DNA of 64,000 bases from Squalus acanthias (lineage: Eukaryota), in contig CM059432.1 of NCBI GenBank assembly GCA_030390025.1, forward strand, positions 111,664,001 through 111,728,000. Reading direction: 5' to 3'. The notes beneath the pieces are model-generated. The model did no database searches and was not told where the DNA came from. It saw only the letters and a program-made list of their open reading frames with translations. Position 1 is the first letter of the stretch. Every line of letters starts with the position of its first letter. The position numbers and the translations under genes are program-made. Below, piece after piece: positions 49,610 through 61,369 of this stretch.

Positions 49610-49985
49610 TACACACAAAATTACACTGTAAGAATCAATAATTCAAGATCAAAATTAGTGAGTATTTAGAGATGCATGGCGTAATCAAAGACAGTAAGTA
49701 CGCATTTGTTAAAGGCAAGTTGTGTTTGACAAATTTAAGTTTTTTTTGATGAAGTGACTGTGTAGATAAAGGGAATGCAGTAAATGTAATGTATTTTCAA
49801 AGTGCATTCAATAAGGTATCACAGAAAGCTTGTGTATGGTATAAGAACAATGTAGCAGTGAGTTTAAAAAGATGGTTGGTGGTCAGGAAACAAAAGGTTA
49901 AGGTTAATGGGTGTTGCTCAGATTCCAGAAGGGTTGGAAGTGGTGTACCCCAGGATTCAGTGTCATGTCCAGTTTTGTTCTCTCA
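49610..49985 (+). mobile_element. Old CR1 RT fragment
   Basis: FVKGKLCLTNL...FQSAFNKVS...SGVPQDSV. Confidence 0.75.
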
Positions 49986-49992
49986 CTCTCTC

Positions 49993-49996
<4 letters not shown>

Positions 49997-50022
<26 letters not shown>
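49997..50022. repeat. (TA)n microsatellite
   Basis: Seen directly. Confidence 0.95.
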
Positions 50023-50023
<1 letters not shown>

Positions 50024-50049
50024 GATAGACAGATGAATTGGATTTTGCA

Positions 50050-52100
50050 TGGAACATAGGAAAATAGGAACAGGAGTAGGCCATTCAGCCACTCGAGTTT
50101 GTTCCGCCATTTTGTTCGATCATGTCTAATCTGTATCAACCCGCCTTGGCTCCGTAACCCTTAATACCCTTGTCTAACAAAAATCCATCAATCTCAGTTT
50201 TGAAATTTTCAATTGACCCCGAGCCTCACAGCTTTTTTGGGGGAGAGAGTTCCAGATTTCCACTACCCTTTGTGTGAAGAAGTGTTTCCTGACATCACCC
50301 CTGAATGGTTGCCTCTAATTTTAAGGTTATGCTCCCTTGTTCTGGACTCGCGGACCAGAGGAAATAGTTTCTCTCTATCTACCCTATCAAATCCTTTAAT
50401 CACCTTAAACACCTCAGTTAGATCACCCCTTGATCTTCTATACTCAAGGGAATACAAGCCTAGTCTATGCAACCTGTCCTCATAGCTTAACATTTTAGCC
50501 CCGGTATCATTCTGGTGAACCTGTGCTGCACCTGCTCCAAGACCAATATATCCTTCCTGAGGTGCGGTGCCCAGACCTGAACACAGCTCTCCAGATGGGG
50601 TCTAACCAGAGCTCGGTACAGCTGTAACATGATTTCCACCCCTTTGTATTCCAGCCCTCTTGAGATAAAGGCCAACATTCCATTAGCCTTTTAAATTATT
50701 TTTTGTACCTGTCCACTAGCTTTTCGTGATTTCTGTACCTGGACCCCTAAATCTTTCCACTCCTCCACAGTTCCCAGCTTCTCACCATTTAGAAAACACT
50801 CTGATCTATCTTTCTTGGGTCCAGAGTGAATGACCTCATATTTCAACACATTGAACTCCATCCGCCACAGTTTTGCCCACTCACTTAATCTATCAATGTC
50901 CCTTTGCAAGTTTCTGCTCCTATTTACAATATTTACTGTGCCACCTAACTTGGTGTCATCAGTAAACATGGATATTTGGCTCTGTATTCCTTCATCTAAT
51001 TCATTGATAAATATAGTGAAAAGCTGTGCCCCCAGTACAGATCCCTGGGGGACACCACTAGTTGCATCTTGCCAATTGGAGTACAGACACATTGGGGGAG
51101 AAATTCGGTATCGTCCCATTTGGGGCACAATTATCCACTGGGCACAAAGTTTAGCGCTTGGCGCTAATTATCGCCTCCGACTGCAAACTTGGCTTCTATC
51201 GCCCTGGAGGTGATTGGAGCACTAAATCAGGTGCTACACACCTCTCTTAAGGTGCTACTGCCGAGGAGCTAGGCGCTACCTCAGAGCGCTGGCGAAGCTC
51301 ATGTGATGTCAGTCAGCAATGGAACACAGACACACTGGCGCCGGCCAGTTCTTAAAGGGGAGGGTTGATCTTGCTCTCAATCCACACCCTGCTCATTGCA
51401 GCCTTGAATCTCGGCCTGGAGAGACCTGTACATCAAATCTGCTGGAAAGAACAATGGAGAGACCCAGGGAAAGAGCTCAGAGTGCAGCCCCCAAAGTCTC
51501 TTCTAAATCGATGCAAGGAAGGTCAAATCAAAATGAACCTGCAAAGTGCTGCTCATTACCCAAAACTCCTTCACACAGCGTTGAACATCTCCAGAAGTCT
51601 CGCTCTCTCTCTCAGAATGCGTCGTGCAAAAATGTCGCCGAAAAAAAAGGCAGGAAGCGGTCGCCTTTAAATAGCGCTCCTCCAGTCCCTTCCCGACTGC
51701 AAAACGCTCCCCTCAACCTGTCATTGCTAGCGGCAGGCGGTAAGGCAGGGGGCGCCACTCAATATCCGGTCCGGGGCTCTACCGGGGTGTTGCACGCTCG
51801 ACTGATGTCACGATCTGCAGGCGCAGGAGATCGTGGCGGTAGTGTTTAGCGCTGCCGCAAAATGTCTGGTCAATTTCGCGAGTGGCGCAAACATCGCCGC
51901 GCCCGGGCGCTAGTTGCTTTGCGCCCCATTAGCACCCTCTTAGGGCGCTAATGGGAGGCGCAAAGCAACCAAATTTTCCCCCCATTATCCTTACTCTCTG
52001 TCTCCTACCTCCTAACCAATTCCCCATCCAAGTCAACAGGTTGCCTCCAATTCCATGCACTCTCATTTTTGTTAACTGTCTCTTATGTGGAACATTATTG
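50050..52100 (-). mobile_element. CR1 3' portion interrupted by MITE copy 1
   Basis: ORFs 50263-51128 (GVPQGSVLG, MFTDDTK); the sequence resumes at 51984. Confidence 0.9.
51094..51983 (+). mobile_element. ~890-bp non-autonomous PIF/Harbinger element, copy 1
   Basis: TIR GGGGGAGAAATT / AATTTTCCCCCC, TSD ATT; homologous to 52672 and 56254. Confidence 0.92.
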
Positions 52101-52104
52101 AATT

Positions 52105-52352
52105 TTTCCTTTTCAAGTATTTATCCAATTCCCTTGGAAAGTTACTATTGAATCTGCTTCCACCACCCTTTCAGGCAGTGCATTCCAGATCACAACAACT
52201 CGATTCGTAAAACATTACTCCTCATTTTCCCTCTTTTTTTTTGCCAATTACCTAAATGTGTATGCTCTGGTTACTGCCTATCCTGCCAGAGGAAACAGTT
52301 TCTCCTTATTTACTCTATCAAAACCCTTCATAATTTTGAACATTTCTATTAA
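52105..52352 (-). mobile_element. CR1 3' fragment
   Basis: LIEMFKIMKGFDRVNKEKLFPLAG; same subfamily as 16926. Confidence 0.8.
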
Positions 52353-52359
52353 ATGGCAT

Positions 52360-52655
52360 ACGGTGGAAGTGGTGGAGCAATTAAAATCGGGGATGTTCAA
52401 GAGGCCAGAATTGGCAGAGTGCAGATATCTCGGGGGGTTGTGGGGCTGGAGGAGCGTACAGAGATAGGGAGGGGCGAGGCCATGGAGTGATTTGAAAGCA
52501 AGGATGAGAATTTTAAAATCAAGGCGTTGCTTAACTGGAAGCCTGAAGCACAAGGGAGATGGGTGAGCGGGACGGTGTGCGAGTTAGGTTATGGGTGGCA
52601 GAATTTTGGATGACCTCAGGTTTATGGAGGGTAAAACTAGGGAGGCCGGCCAGGA
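52360..52655 (-). mobile_element. L2 fragment
   Basis: LPVKQRLDFKILILAFKSLHGLAPPYL. Confidence 0.85.
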
Positions 52656-52671
52656 ATATCACAGAGTCATA

Positions 52672-53558
52672 GAGGGAAAAATTCAGTTGGTTGCGCCTCC
52701 CATTAGCGCCTTAAGAGGGCGCTAATGGGGCGCAAAGCGACTAGTGCCCGGGCACGGCGATGTTTGCGCCGCTCGCGAAATTAACTAGACATTTTGCGGC
52801 GGCGCTAAACCGTACCGCCACGATCTCCTGCGCCGGCAGATCGTGACGTCAGTCGAGTGCGCAACGCCCCGGTAGCACCCCGGAGCGGATATTGAGTGGC
52901 GCCCCCTGCCTTACCGCCTGCCGCTAGCAACGACAGGTTGAGGGGAGCGTTTTGCAGTCAGGAAGGGACTGGGGGAGCGCTATTGAAAGGCGACCGCTTC
53001 CTGCCTTTTTTTGTTGGCGACATTTTTGAACCACGCATTCTGAGAGAGAGAGACTTCTGGAGAGATTCAACACTGTACGAAGGAGTTTTGGGTAATGAGC
53101 AGCACTTTGCAGGTTCATTTTGATTTGCCCTTCCTTGTATCGATTTAGAAGAGACTATGGGGGCTGCACTCTGAGCTCCTTCCCTGGGCCTCTCCATTGT
53201 TCTTTCCAGCAGATTTGATGTACAGGTCTCTCCAGGCCGAGATTCAAGGCTGCAATGAGCAGGATGTGGATGGAAAGCAAGATCAACCCTCCCCTTTAAG
53301 AAGTGGTCCGTGCCATTGTGTCTGTGTTCCGTTGCTGACTGACATCACATGAGCTTCGCCAGCGCTCTGAGTTAGCGCCTCGCTCCTCGGCCTTTGCGTC
53401 TTAAGACAGATGTGTAGCACCTGATTTAGTGCTCCAATCACCTCCAGGGGCGATAAAAGTTAAGTTTGCAGTCGGAGGCAATAATTAGCGCCAGGCGCTA
53501 ATCTTTGTGCCCGGCCGATAATTGCGCCCCAAACGGGGCGATACTGAATTTTTCCCCC
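52672..53558 (-). mobile_element. ~890-bp Harbinger MITE, copy 2 (inverted)
   Basis: Ends GAGGGAAAAATT / AATTTTTCCCCC, TSD ATA; sits inside the CATAGAGT tail repeats of a CR1. Confidence 0.92.
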
Positions 53559-54652
53559 ATAGAGTCATAACGGCACAGAAGGAGGCTATTCAGCCCATTG
53601 AGTCCATGCCGGCTCTCTGTAGAGCAATCCAGTCAGTCCCATTCCCCCGCTCTATCCCCGTAGCCCTGCAGGTTTATTTCCCTCAAGTGCCTATCCAGTC
53701 TCCCCTTGAAAACATTGAGTGTCTCCGCTTCCACCACTTCCGTCGGCAGCGAGTTCCAGGTCCTCACCACTCGCTGCGTAAAAAAGTTTTTCCTCACGTC
53801 CCCCCTGTATCTGTTGCCCAAAACCTTAAATCTGTGTCCCCTAGTCCTTGTACCATCAGCTAGTGGGAACAGCCTTTCCCCGTCTAGCCTATCCAAACCT
53901 GTCATAATCTTGTACACCTCTATCAAATCACCCCGCAACCACCTTTGCTCTACTGAAAACAAATCCAGCTTCTCCAACCTGTCCTTGTAGATAAGATCCC
54001 CCATCCCCGGAACCATTCTGGTAAATCTCCCCTGCACCCTCTCAAATGCCTTCACATCCTTCCTAAAGTGTGGTGACCAGAACTGAACGCAATACTCCAG
54101 CGCTTTATAAAGGTTCAGCATAACTTCTCTATTTTTGTACTCAAACCCTCTATTTATGAAGCCCAAGATTCCATATGCTTTGTTAACCACTCTCTCAATA
54201 TGTCCCACCACCTTCAGGGACCTATGCACATTAACTCCCAGGTCCCTCTGTCCATGCACACTCTTTAAAACTTTTGCCATTAAGTGTATATTGCCTCTCC
54301 CTGTTCCTTCTGCCAAAATGCATCACCTCACACTTCTCTGTATTAAATTCCATCTGCCACTTGTCTGCCCATTTTTATATATCAAAAAAAGCAGTGGCCC
54401 CAGCACTGACCCTTGGGGAACACCACTGTCTACCATCCTCCAGTCTGAAAAACAGCCATTTACCACAACTCGCTGTTTTCTATCCTTAAGCCAATTCCTT
54501 ATCCAAGCTGCCACTGACCCACCTATTCCATGAGCCTCAATTTTGTTAACCAGCCTTCTATGTGGTACTTTGTCAAATGCCTTCCGAAAATCCATGTAGA
54601 CAACATCCATTGCATTTCCTTCATCAATCCTCTTTGTTACTTCATCAAAAAA
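53559..54652 (-). mobile_element. CR1 3' portion with internal deletion
   Basis: ORFs 53633-54316 and 54323-54688 (DFRKAFDKV, GVPQGSVLGP). Confidence 0.9.
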
Positions 54653-54654
54653 TT

Positions 54655-54984
54655 GGGACAAAGCACTCCTGCTTCTCCCAGCCCACAAGGATTGCTCCCC
54701 GAGGCTGAGGCCGCCTCGTTGCAGCTACTGGGAATCCCGAGCCCTGGGATCCCGGCCGCCTGCAGTAAAACCTGCAAAACAGGTTAAAGTAGAGGCTTCA
54801 GGCCTCATTATAATATTTAAATTGCCAACCCGCCTCCTGGCAGCGGGTTGGCCGCCTGCAGCCCCCCCATCCCGCCTGATTGAAAGGTGAAAGTGGGCGG
54901 GTTGGGGTCGGGTTTTACATTTTTACAACTTTCATTTCTTCCACGCCTCCAACCCACCCGTTCTTACCTCTGAAAATTCCGGCC
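54655..54984. mobile_element. Harbinger-type MITE end fragment
   Basis: GC-rich, with repeated ACCCGCC/GGCGGGTT motifs; ends GAAAATTCCGGCC. Confidence 0.5.
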
Positions 54985-55369
54985 AATGGCTTCGGTCTTC
55001 CTGATAGTTTTTCACAGGAAATTTCTGCTCATCCAGTGCTGGATATCGGACAAGCAGTCTGACAGTATAGAAACAGTGGAGGTTTGGAGAGAGGTGGAGG
55101 AGAGGTAGAGCTGGGTATCATCAGCGTATATGTGAAAACTGACGCCGTGTCATCAGATGATGTCGCCGAGGGGCAGCATGCAGATGAGAAATAGGAGGGG
55201 ACCAAGGACAGATCTTTGGGGGACACCAGAGATGACACTGCGGGACCAGGAAGGGAAGCCATTACAGGTGATTCTATGGATATGGCTGGAAAGATAGGAA
55301 TTAAACGAGGCGAGTGCAGTCCCATCCAGCTTGAGACGGTGAAGAGGCATTGGAGCAGAACTCTGCGGT

Positions 55370-55494
55370 TGTAATGTATTATCACATGGTTTAGTGTGAG
55401 CATGCTCAGTTCACTCTGGCCTAATAAAGCAAGCACATGGACTGGCAACTCATCGTGTCTCTGTCCTTCATTTGTTCTACCCACATGTTTTACA
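55370..55494 (+). repeat. 5' LTR
   Basis: TGTAAT...TTTACA with internal AATAAA; 10 mismatches to the 3' LTR by manual count. Confidence 0.93.
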
Positions 55495-55497
55495 TTT

Positions 55498-55515
55498 TGG
55501 CGACAAGGATGAGAT
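55498..55515 (+). other. Primer-binding site, probably tRNA-Ser(GCU)
   Basis: TGGCGACAAGGATGAGAT matches 16/18 to TGGCGACGAGGATGGGAT, the complement of the vertebrate tRNA-Ser(GCU) 3' end as I recall it. Confidence 0.75.
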
Positions 55516-55750
55516 CTCAAAGCCATTTTTAGGGATCATGGAATGACACAGTGTTCAACCTTCGAGTGGACAAGTTTAAGGTGAATTTGTTACACCTAAA
55601 CTGAATTTTTGTTATGTTTTACTGTTAATGCTGATGAAGAATCGTCTGTGCTTCGCCTTCGTGTTTATGTATACACAGCAACAGCGGCGTTGATTCTCAC
55701 ATGTACACAGGTAGCGTGCTGAGTCACTGTTCGACGGGATCGGGACAATC

Positions 55751-58700
55751 ATGGCCGCGCCTACGGGATTCATCAGAAGCCTTGGCATGTTTGACTGAGC
55801 TCGCGAACCATTCAGCTCTTACATTAAGCAGATGGAGATGTTTTTTAAGGCCAATAACATTATTGAGACCGAAGGTGCAGATAAGAATGTTCAAGCTCAA
55901 AATAAAGTAATTCGTGAATGGAAGAAAGCAATTTTTCGAACGGAGATCGGGCCAGATGTCTACATAATGTTGACAAACCTACTCGAGTCAGGGAAAGCGA
56001 AGGATGCGTCGTTTAAAGACATTGTCGAGAAACTCGAGGACCATTTTGACCCAAAGCCATTAGAAATAGCAGGGAGCTATAAGTTTGGTACCAGAAACCA
56101 AAAACAAAGTGAAACCATCAGTGAGTACATTGTAGCTTTTAAGAACCTGTCTTTACATTGTAATTTCGGCACATTTTTGGATCATGTGTTGCAAGATAAG
56201 TTTGAGTGTGGACTGGTGGATGAGCGCACACAGTCCAAGTTACTGAACACTCTGGGGTAGAAATTAGGTCGCGCCCCATTTGGGGCGCAAATATCGTCCG
56301 GACGCAAATATTAGCGCCTGGCGCTAATTATCGGCACTGACGGGAAACTTCACTTTTACCGCCCCGGGAGGTGAGTGGAGCGCTAAAGCAGGCGCTACAC
56401 ACCTCTCTTAAGGCGCAAAGGCCGAGCAGTGAGGCGCCAACTCGGAGCGCTGGCGAACCTCATGTAATGTCAGTCAGCAATGGAACACACACACAATGGC
56501 ACGGGCCAGTTCTTAAAGGGGATGGTTAATCTTGCTTTCCATCCACATCCTGTTCATTGCTGCCTTGAATCTCGGCCTGGAGAGACTTGCACATCAAATG
56601 TGCTGGAAAGAACAATGGAGAGCACCAGGCAAAGAGCTCAGAGTGCAGCTCCCACGGTCTCTGCTAAATCGATACAAGGAATGGCAAATCAAAATGAACC
56701 TGCAAAGTGCTGCTCAGTACCCAAAACTCCTTCACACAACGTTGAATCTCTCCAGAAGTCTCTCCCTCTCTCTCTCAGAATGCGTAGTTCAAAAATGCCG
56801 CCAACAATAAAAGAGAGGAAGAGGCCCCCTTTAAATAGCGCCCCCCCCCCCAGCCCCACAGCGATTGACAGCGTTCCAGTCTTCTGGTCGTTGCAAGCGC
56901 CAGGCGGTAAGGCAGGGGGCGCCACTCAATTTCCGCTACGGCGCGCCCCAAGGGCGTTGCACCATGGAATGACGTCACAATCTGCGCGCGCAGGTGGTCG
57001 CAGCGGTAAGTTTTAGCGCCGCCGCACAATCTCAAGTTAAGTTCTCGAGCGGCGCAAACATCGCTGCGCCCGGGCGTTAGCGGCTTTGCGCCCCATTAGC
57101 GCCCTCTTAAGGCGCTAACGGGTGGCGCAACCAAGTGAATTTTTACCCCTCTGAATCTAACGTTTGACATAGCATGCAAAATTGCCCTATCTATGGAGAT
57201 GGTGTCTAAGAATGCATCTTCAACTCAAGTGACTAATGCAGCTGAGGTCTACAGTCACAAAGCCAGCATTGAACCTAAAACTGTGAGACCAAGTCAAAAG
57301 CATGTCGGTGAGAGCAGTTCAGTGAATTGTTATCGCTGCAATGGAAATCACTCACCATAGTCCTGCCAATACAGAAATGTGAAGTGTTTCCACTGCCAGA
57401 AGCAAGGCCATATTTCAACAGCTTGCAGAGCTAGATCGAAAGCAGGAAGTAAGAACCATTCTAGTGGCAATGCAAAGCAGCGACAACAAAAGGGAAGAGT
57501 TCACGATATTGAAGTGAACACACCTGATGTTGAAGAACTAGGCATCTACAGTATCTATGCCACTAGCGGCAACACTAGCAGTCATGAGAAAGACTTCCAC
57601 ACAAAACTTTTGATCAACGAGCAACATATTGATATGTGTATCGATACGGCGGCGGACTGCTCTATCATGAGTAAATGCCACTTACAAAGAGTACCGTAGA
57701 GTTAAAAACCTACTCCGGAGAAATCCTAGAGACATGTGGACAAATGGAATGTACAGTTCAACACAATGGCCAGTCAGTGAAGCTGCCTATTATTATAGCG
57801 AACTAAAACAACAGGCCAACTCTCATGGGCAAAGGAGGGTTAAGTAAGCTAAAACTAGACTGGAAAAACATCTTCAGTGTCGATGTTTCAAAGAAGTGAC
57901 TCAGCACAATGCTGAACAAGTACGAAAGCAAGTTCACAGACAGTTATGAGGGCATCACTGGGTATGACGCGCATATCCACATCAAGTCCACCATGAAGCC
58001 TGTCCATTGTAAGGCAAGGCTTGTCCCCGATGCATTGAAATGTCAGGTGGAGGAAGAGCTAGCTAAGCTGAGGGAGAACGGAGTGCTAGTAAAAACTGAC
58101 AAAAATGAATGGGCTACCCTGATCGTGGTAGTGCCCAAAGCAGACAAAACTGTACGCTTGTGTGGTGACTACAAAGTTACTATCAACCAAGCAGTTGACG
58201 ATGAGCAGTACCCATTACCTACATCGCAAGATTTGTATGCAGCACTCTCTGGGTCAAAGGTTTTCTCCAAGCTTGACCTATCACACGCTTACGCTCAACT
58301 GAATTGACAAAGAGAGTCAACAGTATCGCACAAACAACACACACAAGGGACTGCACTCATTCCTGCTGTATGGTGTAAATTCCTCCCCAAATTATTCCAG
58401 GCTACGATGGATAAGATTTTGCAAGGAGTTCCAAATTGCTTATGCAATCAAGACGATGTGCTGATCGCAACAAGGAGCGAGGAAGAAAATCTAGAAGTGT
58501 TAGATATAGTGCTTCAACAGTTGAATGCCCACAATGTCAAGTTGAAAAGGAGCAAATGTGCTTTTGTGCAGCCCGAGCTTGTGTACCTTGGTCTGAAAGT
58601 TGATGCAAATGGCTTGCAACCAGTGAAGGAAAAGATTGATGCTGTCATCCATGCTCCAAAGCCACAGAACGTGTCTGAGTTAAGATCGTTCCTTGGAATG

Positions 58701-60350
58701 GTCCAGTACTACACACGTTTCTTACCTGAGTTAGCAACAATGTTAGCTCCATTGCACGAGCTCTTCAAGAAGGATGTCCAGTGGAAGTGGACGAAAGCTC
58801 AAGAGGAAGCTTACGGCACTTGTAAGAGAAGTCTCTCTAGCGATGCTCTACTTGTGCACTATGACACAGAGCGTGAGCTTAAGTTAGCGTGTGATGCTTA
58901 CAGCTACGGTGTGGGAGCTGTCATAAGCCACATAATGGATGACGGCCAAGAGAAACCAATCACGTTTGCATCGCGAACCTTCACAAAGAGTGAAAGAAAC
59001 TACGCGTAAATTGAAAAGGAAGCACTTGCCATAGTGTTTGGAATCAAGAGATTCCAACAGTTCCTGAGCAGCAGAAAGTTTACCCTGTAACTGATCACAA
59101 ACTGCTCCTAGCAATATTGGGGCCCAAATCTGCTATCCCTGCAATGGCCGCATCAAGAATGCAACATTGGGCAGTGTTGCTGTCACAAAATGACTATACG
59201 ATGAGTATCGCACTTCAAAGCAAAACGCAATCGCAGATGCCTTGTCCAGGTTGCCACATGAAGGTGCTATTTTCACGCCAGGTGTAGTTGACAAAGACTT
59301 TCCCGTGAATGCAACTGAGATTGCAGATGAGATTCAAAAGGACTCAGTACTGAAAAGAGTGTATGAAAACACCTTGACTGGATGGACTGAGCAGTGTATG
59401 GACCCAGAATTGAAACCATTCCATAACCGTCATACTGAATTGTCTTGTGAGAAAGGTTGTATCAAGTGGGGAAACTGAGTGGTGGTACCTACTTCTTTGA
59501 GGGATAGAATTCTGGCCGAACTTCATACTGAACATCCAGGGATCGTCAGTATGAAATCAATTGCAAGAAGCTTTGTTTACTGGCCTGGATTGGACAGTGA
59601 TCTTGAATCACTTGTCAGCAAATGCAGCATTTGCCAAAATTGCAGAAACACACCACCCAAAACTCCACTACAACTCTGGTCATGGCGAAGTAGACATTTT
59701 CAGAGAGTACATGTAGACTTCTGTGAGAAAGCAAATGATTATTTCCCGGTACTTGTAGTTAGTCACTCAAAGTGGATTGAAGTGAAACACTTGGGTTCAA
59801 ATACTACAACTGAACGTACCATAGATGAGTTGAGGTCTATCTTTGCATGTCATGGCTTACCTGAAGAGTTTGTTTCTGACAATGGCCCTCAGTTCTGTTC
59901 TGCGCTATTCCAAGAATTCATGAAACGGAACGGTGTCAAACACACTCTCGTTCCACCATATCATCCAGCTTCAAACGGAGCAGCCGAAAGGTCAGTCAGA
60001 ATAGTAAAAGAAGCTCTCAAAAAGCAAGTGTTGCAGGGTTGTTCATGACTCAGCATGAAGCAATGTTTGGCAAATTTCTTGCTGAAGTACAGAACTACTC
60101 CGCACACTACAACTGGATATACCCAAGCAGAACTCTTGATGAAGAGAAGATTGAGAACACGATTGAGTCCTGTTCAACTGAAAAGGCCTCAAGAGTTGAA
60201 CAGAAACAGTTGAGTCAGAAACGTTATTATGACACCAATCAGAAAGAACGCAGTTTCAAACAAAATGAGTGTGTTCGTGTTCTCAGTCTCCCTGGAAAGT
60301 CAAGTTCACACAAGTGTGATGTAGGAACCATGGCAGAGGTTGGTGGAACC
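55751..60350 (+). pseudogene. Gypsy gag-pol pseudogene
   Basis: Zinc knuckles CYRCNGNH..SC and CFHCQKQGHISTAC; protease IDTAA; RT RLCGDYK, KLDLSHAY, NQDD; RNase H LACDA; integrase H-H-CxxC, VHVDF, SDNGPQF, NGAAER. Multiple stops and frameshifts. Confidence 0.93.
56254..57149 (+). mobile_element. ~890-bp Harbinger MITE, copy 3, inserted in gag
   Basis: TIR GGGGTAGAAATT / AATTTTTACCCC, TSD TCT. Removal restores the frame KLLNTL|NLTFDIACKIALSME. Confidence 0.94.
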
Positions 60351-60354
60351 AACC

Positions 60355-60584
60355 ATGGCCACTTAGAAAATATCAACGGGATTAGACAACGTCAACATGG
60401 ATTTATGAAAGGGAAATCGTGTTTGACAAACCTACTGGAGTTTTTTGAGGATGTAACTGGTAGAATAGATAAGGGAGAACCAGTGGATGTGGTGTATTTG
60501 GATTTTCAGAAGGCATTTGATAAAGTCCCACATAAGAGGTTAGTGTGCAAAAATAAAGCACATGGGATTGGGGGTAATATACTT
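60355..60584 (+). mobile_element. CR1 RT fragment embedded in the Gypsy 3' region
   Basis: QHGFMKGKSCLTNLLEFFEDV...YLDFQKAFDKVPHKRL; ends just before the PPT. Confidence 0.9.
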
Positions 60585-60601
60585 TTTAAGGGGGAAAGCA
60601 G

Positions 60602-60726
60602 TGTAATGTATTCTCACATGATTTGGTATGAGCATGCTCAGTTCGCTCTGGCCTAATAAAGCAAGCACATGGATTAGCAACTCATCTTGTCTCTGTCCTT
60701 CATTTGTTCTACCCACATATATTACA
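60602..60726 (+). repeat. 3' LTR, preceded by the polypurine tract AAGGGGGAAAGCAG
   Basis: Direct repeat of 55370-55494. Confidence 0.93.
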
Positions 60727-61369
60727 GTGGTCAATGTGTCAAAGGCTGCGGACAGGTTGAGGAGGGATAGTTTACCTTTGTCACAGTCAATTAGGATGTA
60801 ATTTGTGACCGCAGTCAGAGTCGTTTCGGTATTGTGGTGGGGGTCGAATACTGATTTGAGGGGATTCAAACAAGGAGTTCTGGGAAACATGGGCATGGAT
60901 TTGGAAGGTGACAACATGTTGAAGAACTTTGGGGAGTAAAGGGAGGTTGGTGATGGAGTGATAGTTTGCAAGGACTGAGGGGTCAAGGGTTGGTTTTTGA
61001 AGCGAGTGGTGATGATGGCAGATTTGAAGGAGAGGGGGACAATACCTAAGGAGAAAAAACCGTTAAGAATATCAGCTAACATGTGAGCCAGGAAGGGAAG
61101 TTGGGTGGTCAGCAGTTTAGTAGGAATAGGATCGAGGGAGCAGGAGGTCGGTCTCATTGACAAGATGAGCTTTGAGAGGGCATGAAATGAGACAGGAGAA
61201 AAACTAGAGAAATACACAAATTCAGGGTAGGACAGGGGGGAAGCTGAGTGGAAGTTAGGCCCAGTGGGCTAGGGGAAGGGATGGAAGTAGCAGAGGCAGT
61301 TGAATGGATGTTCTTGATCTTTTTATCAAAGAAGTCCATGAGCTCATCGCGTTTATTGTTGGAGATGAG

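Larger units (their letters stand above)
55370..60726 (+). mobile_element. Gypsy/Ty3 LTR retrotransposon, full structure, decayed
   Basis: Paired 125-bp TG..CA LTRs, TSD GCGGT/GTGGT, PBS, PPT and domain order gag-PR-RT-RH-IN. Confidence 0.95.

Noticed and set aside
60039..60656. 205-aa ORF apparently fusing Gypsy and RT sequence
   Set aside because: Chance read-through across the Gypsy/CR1/LTR junctions.
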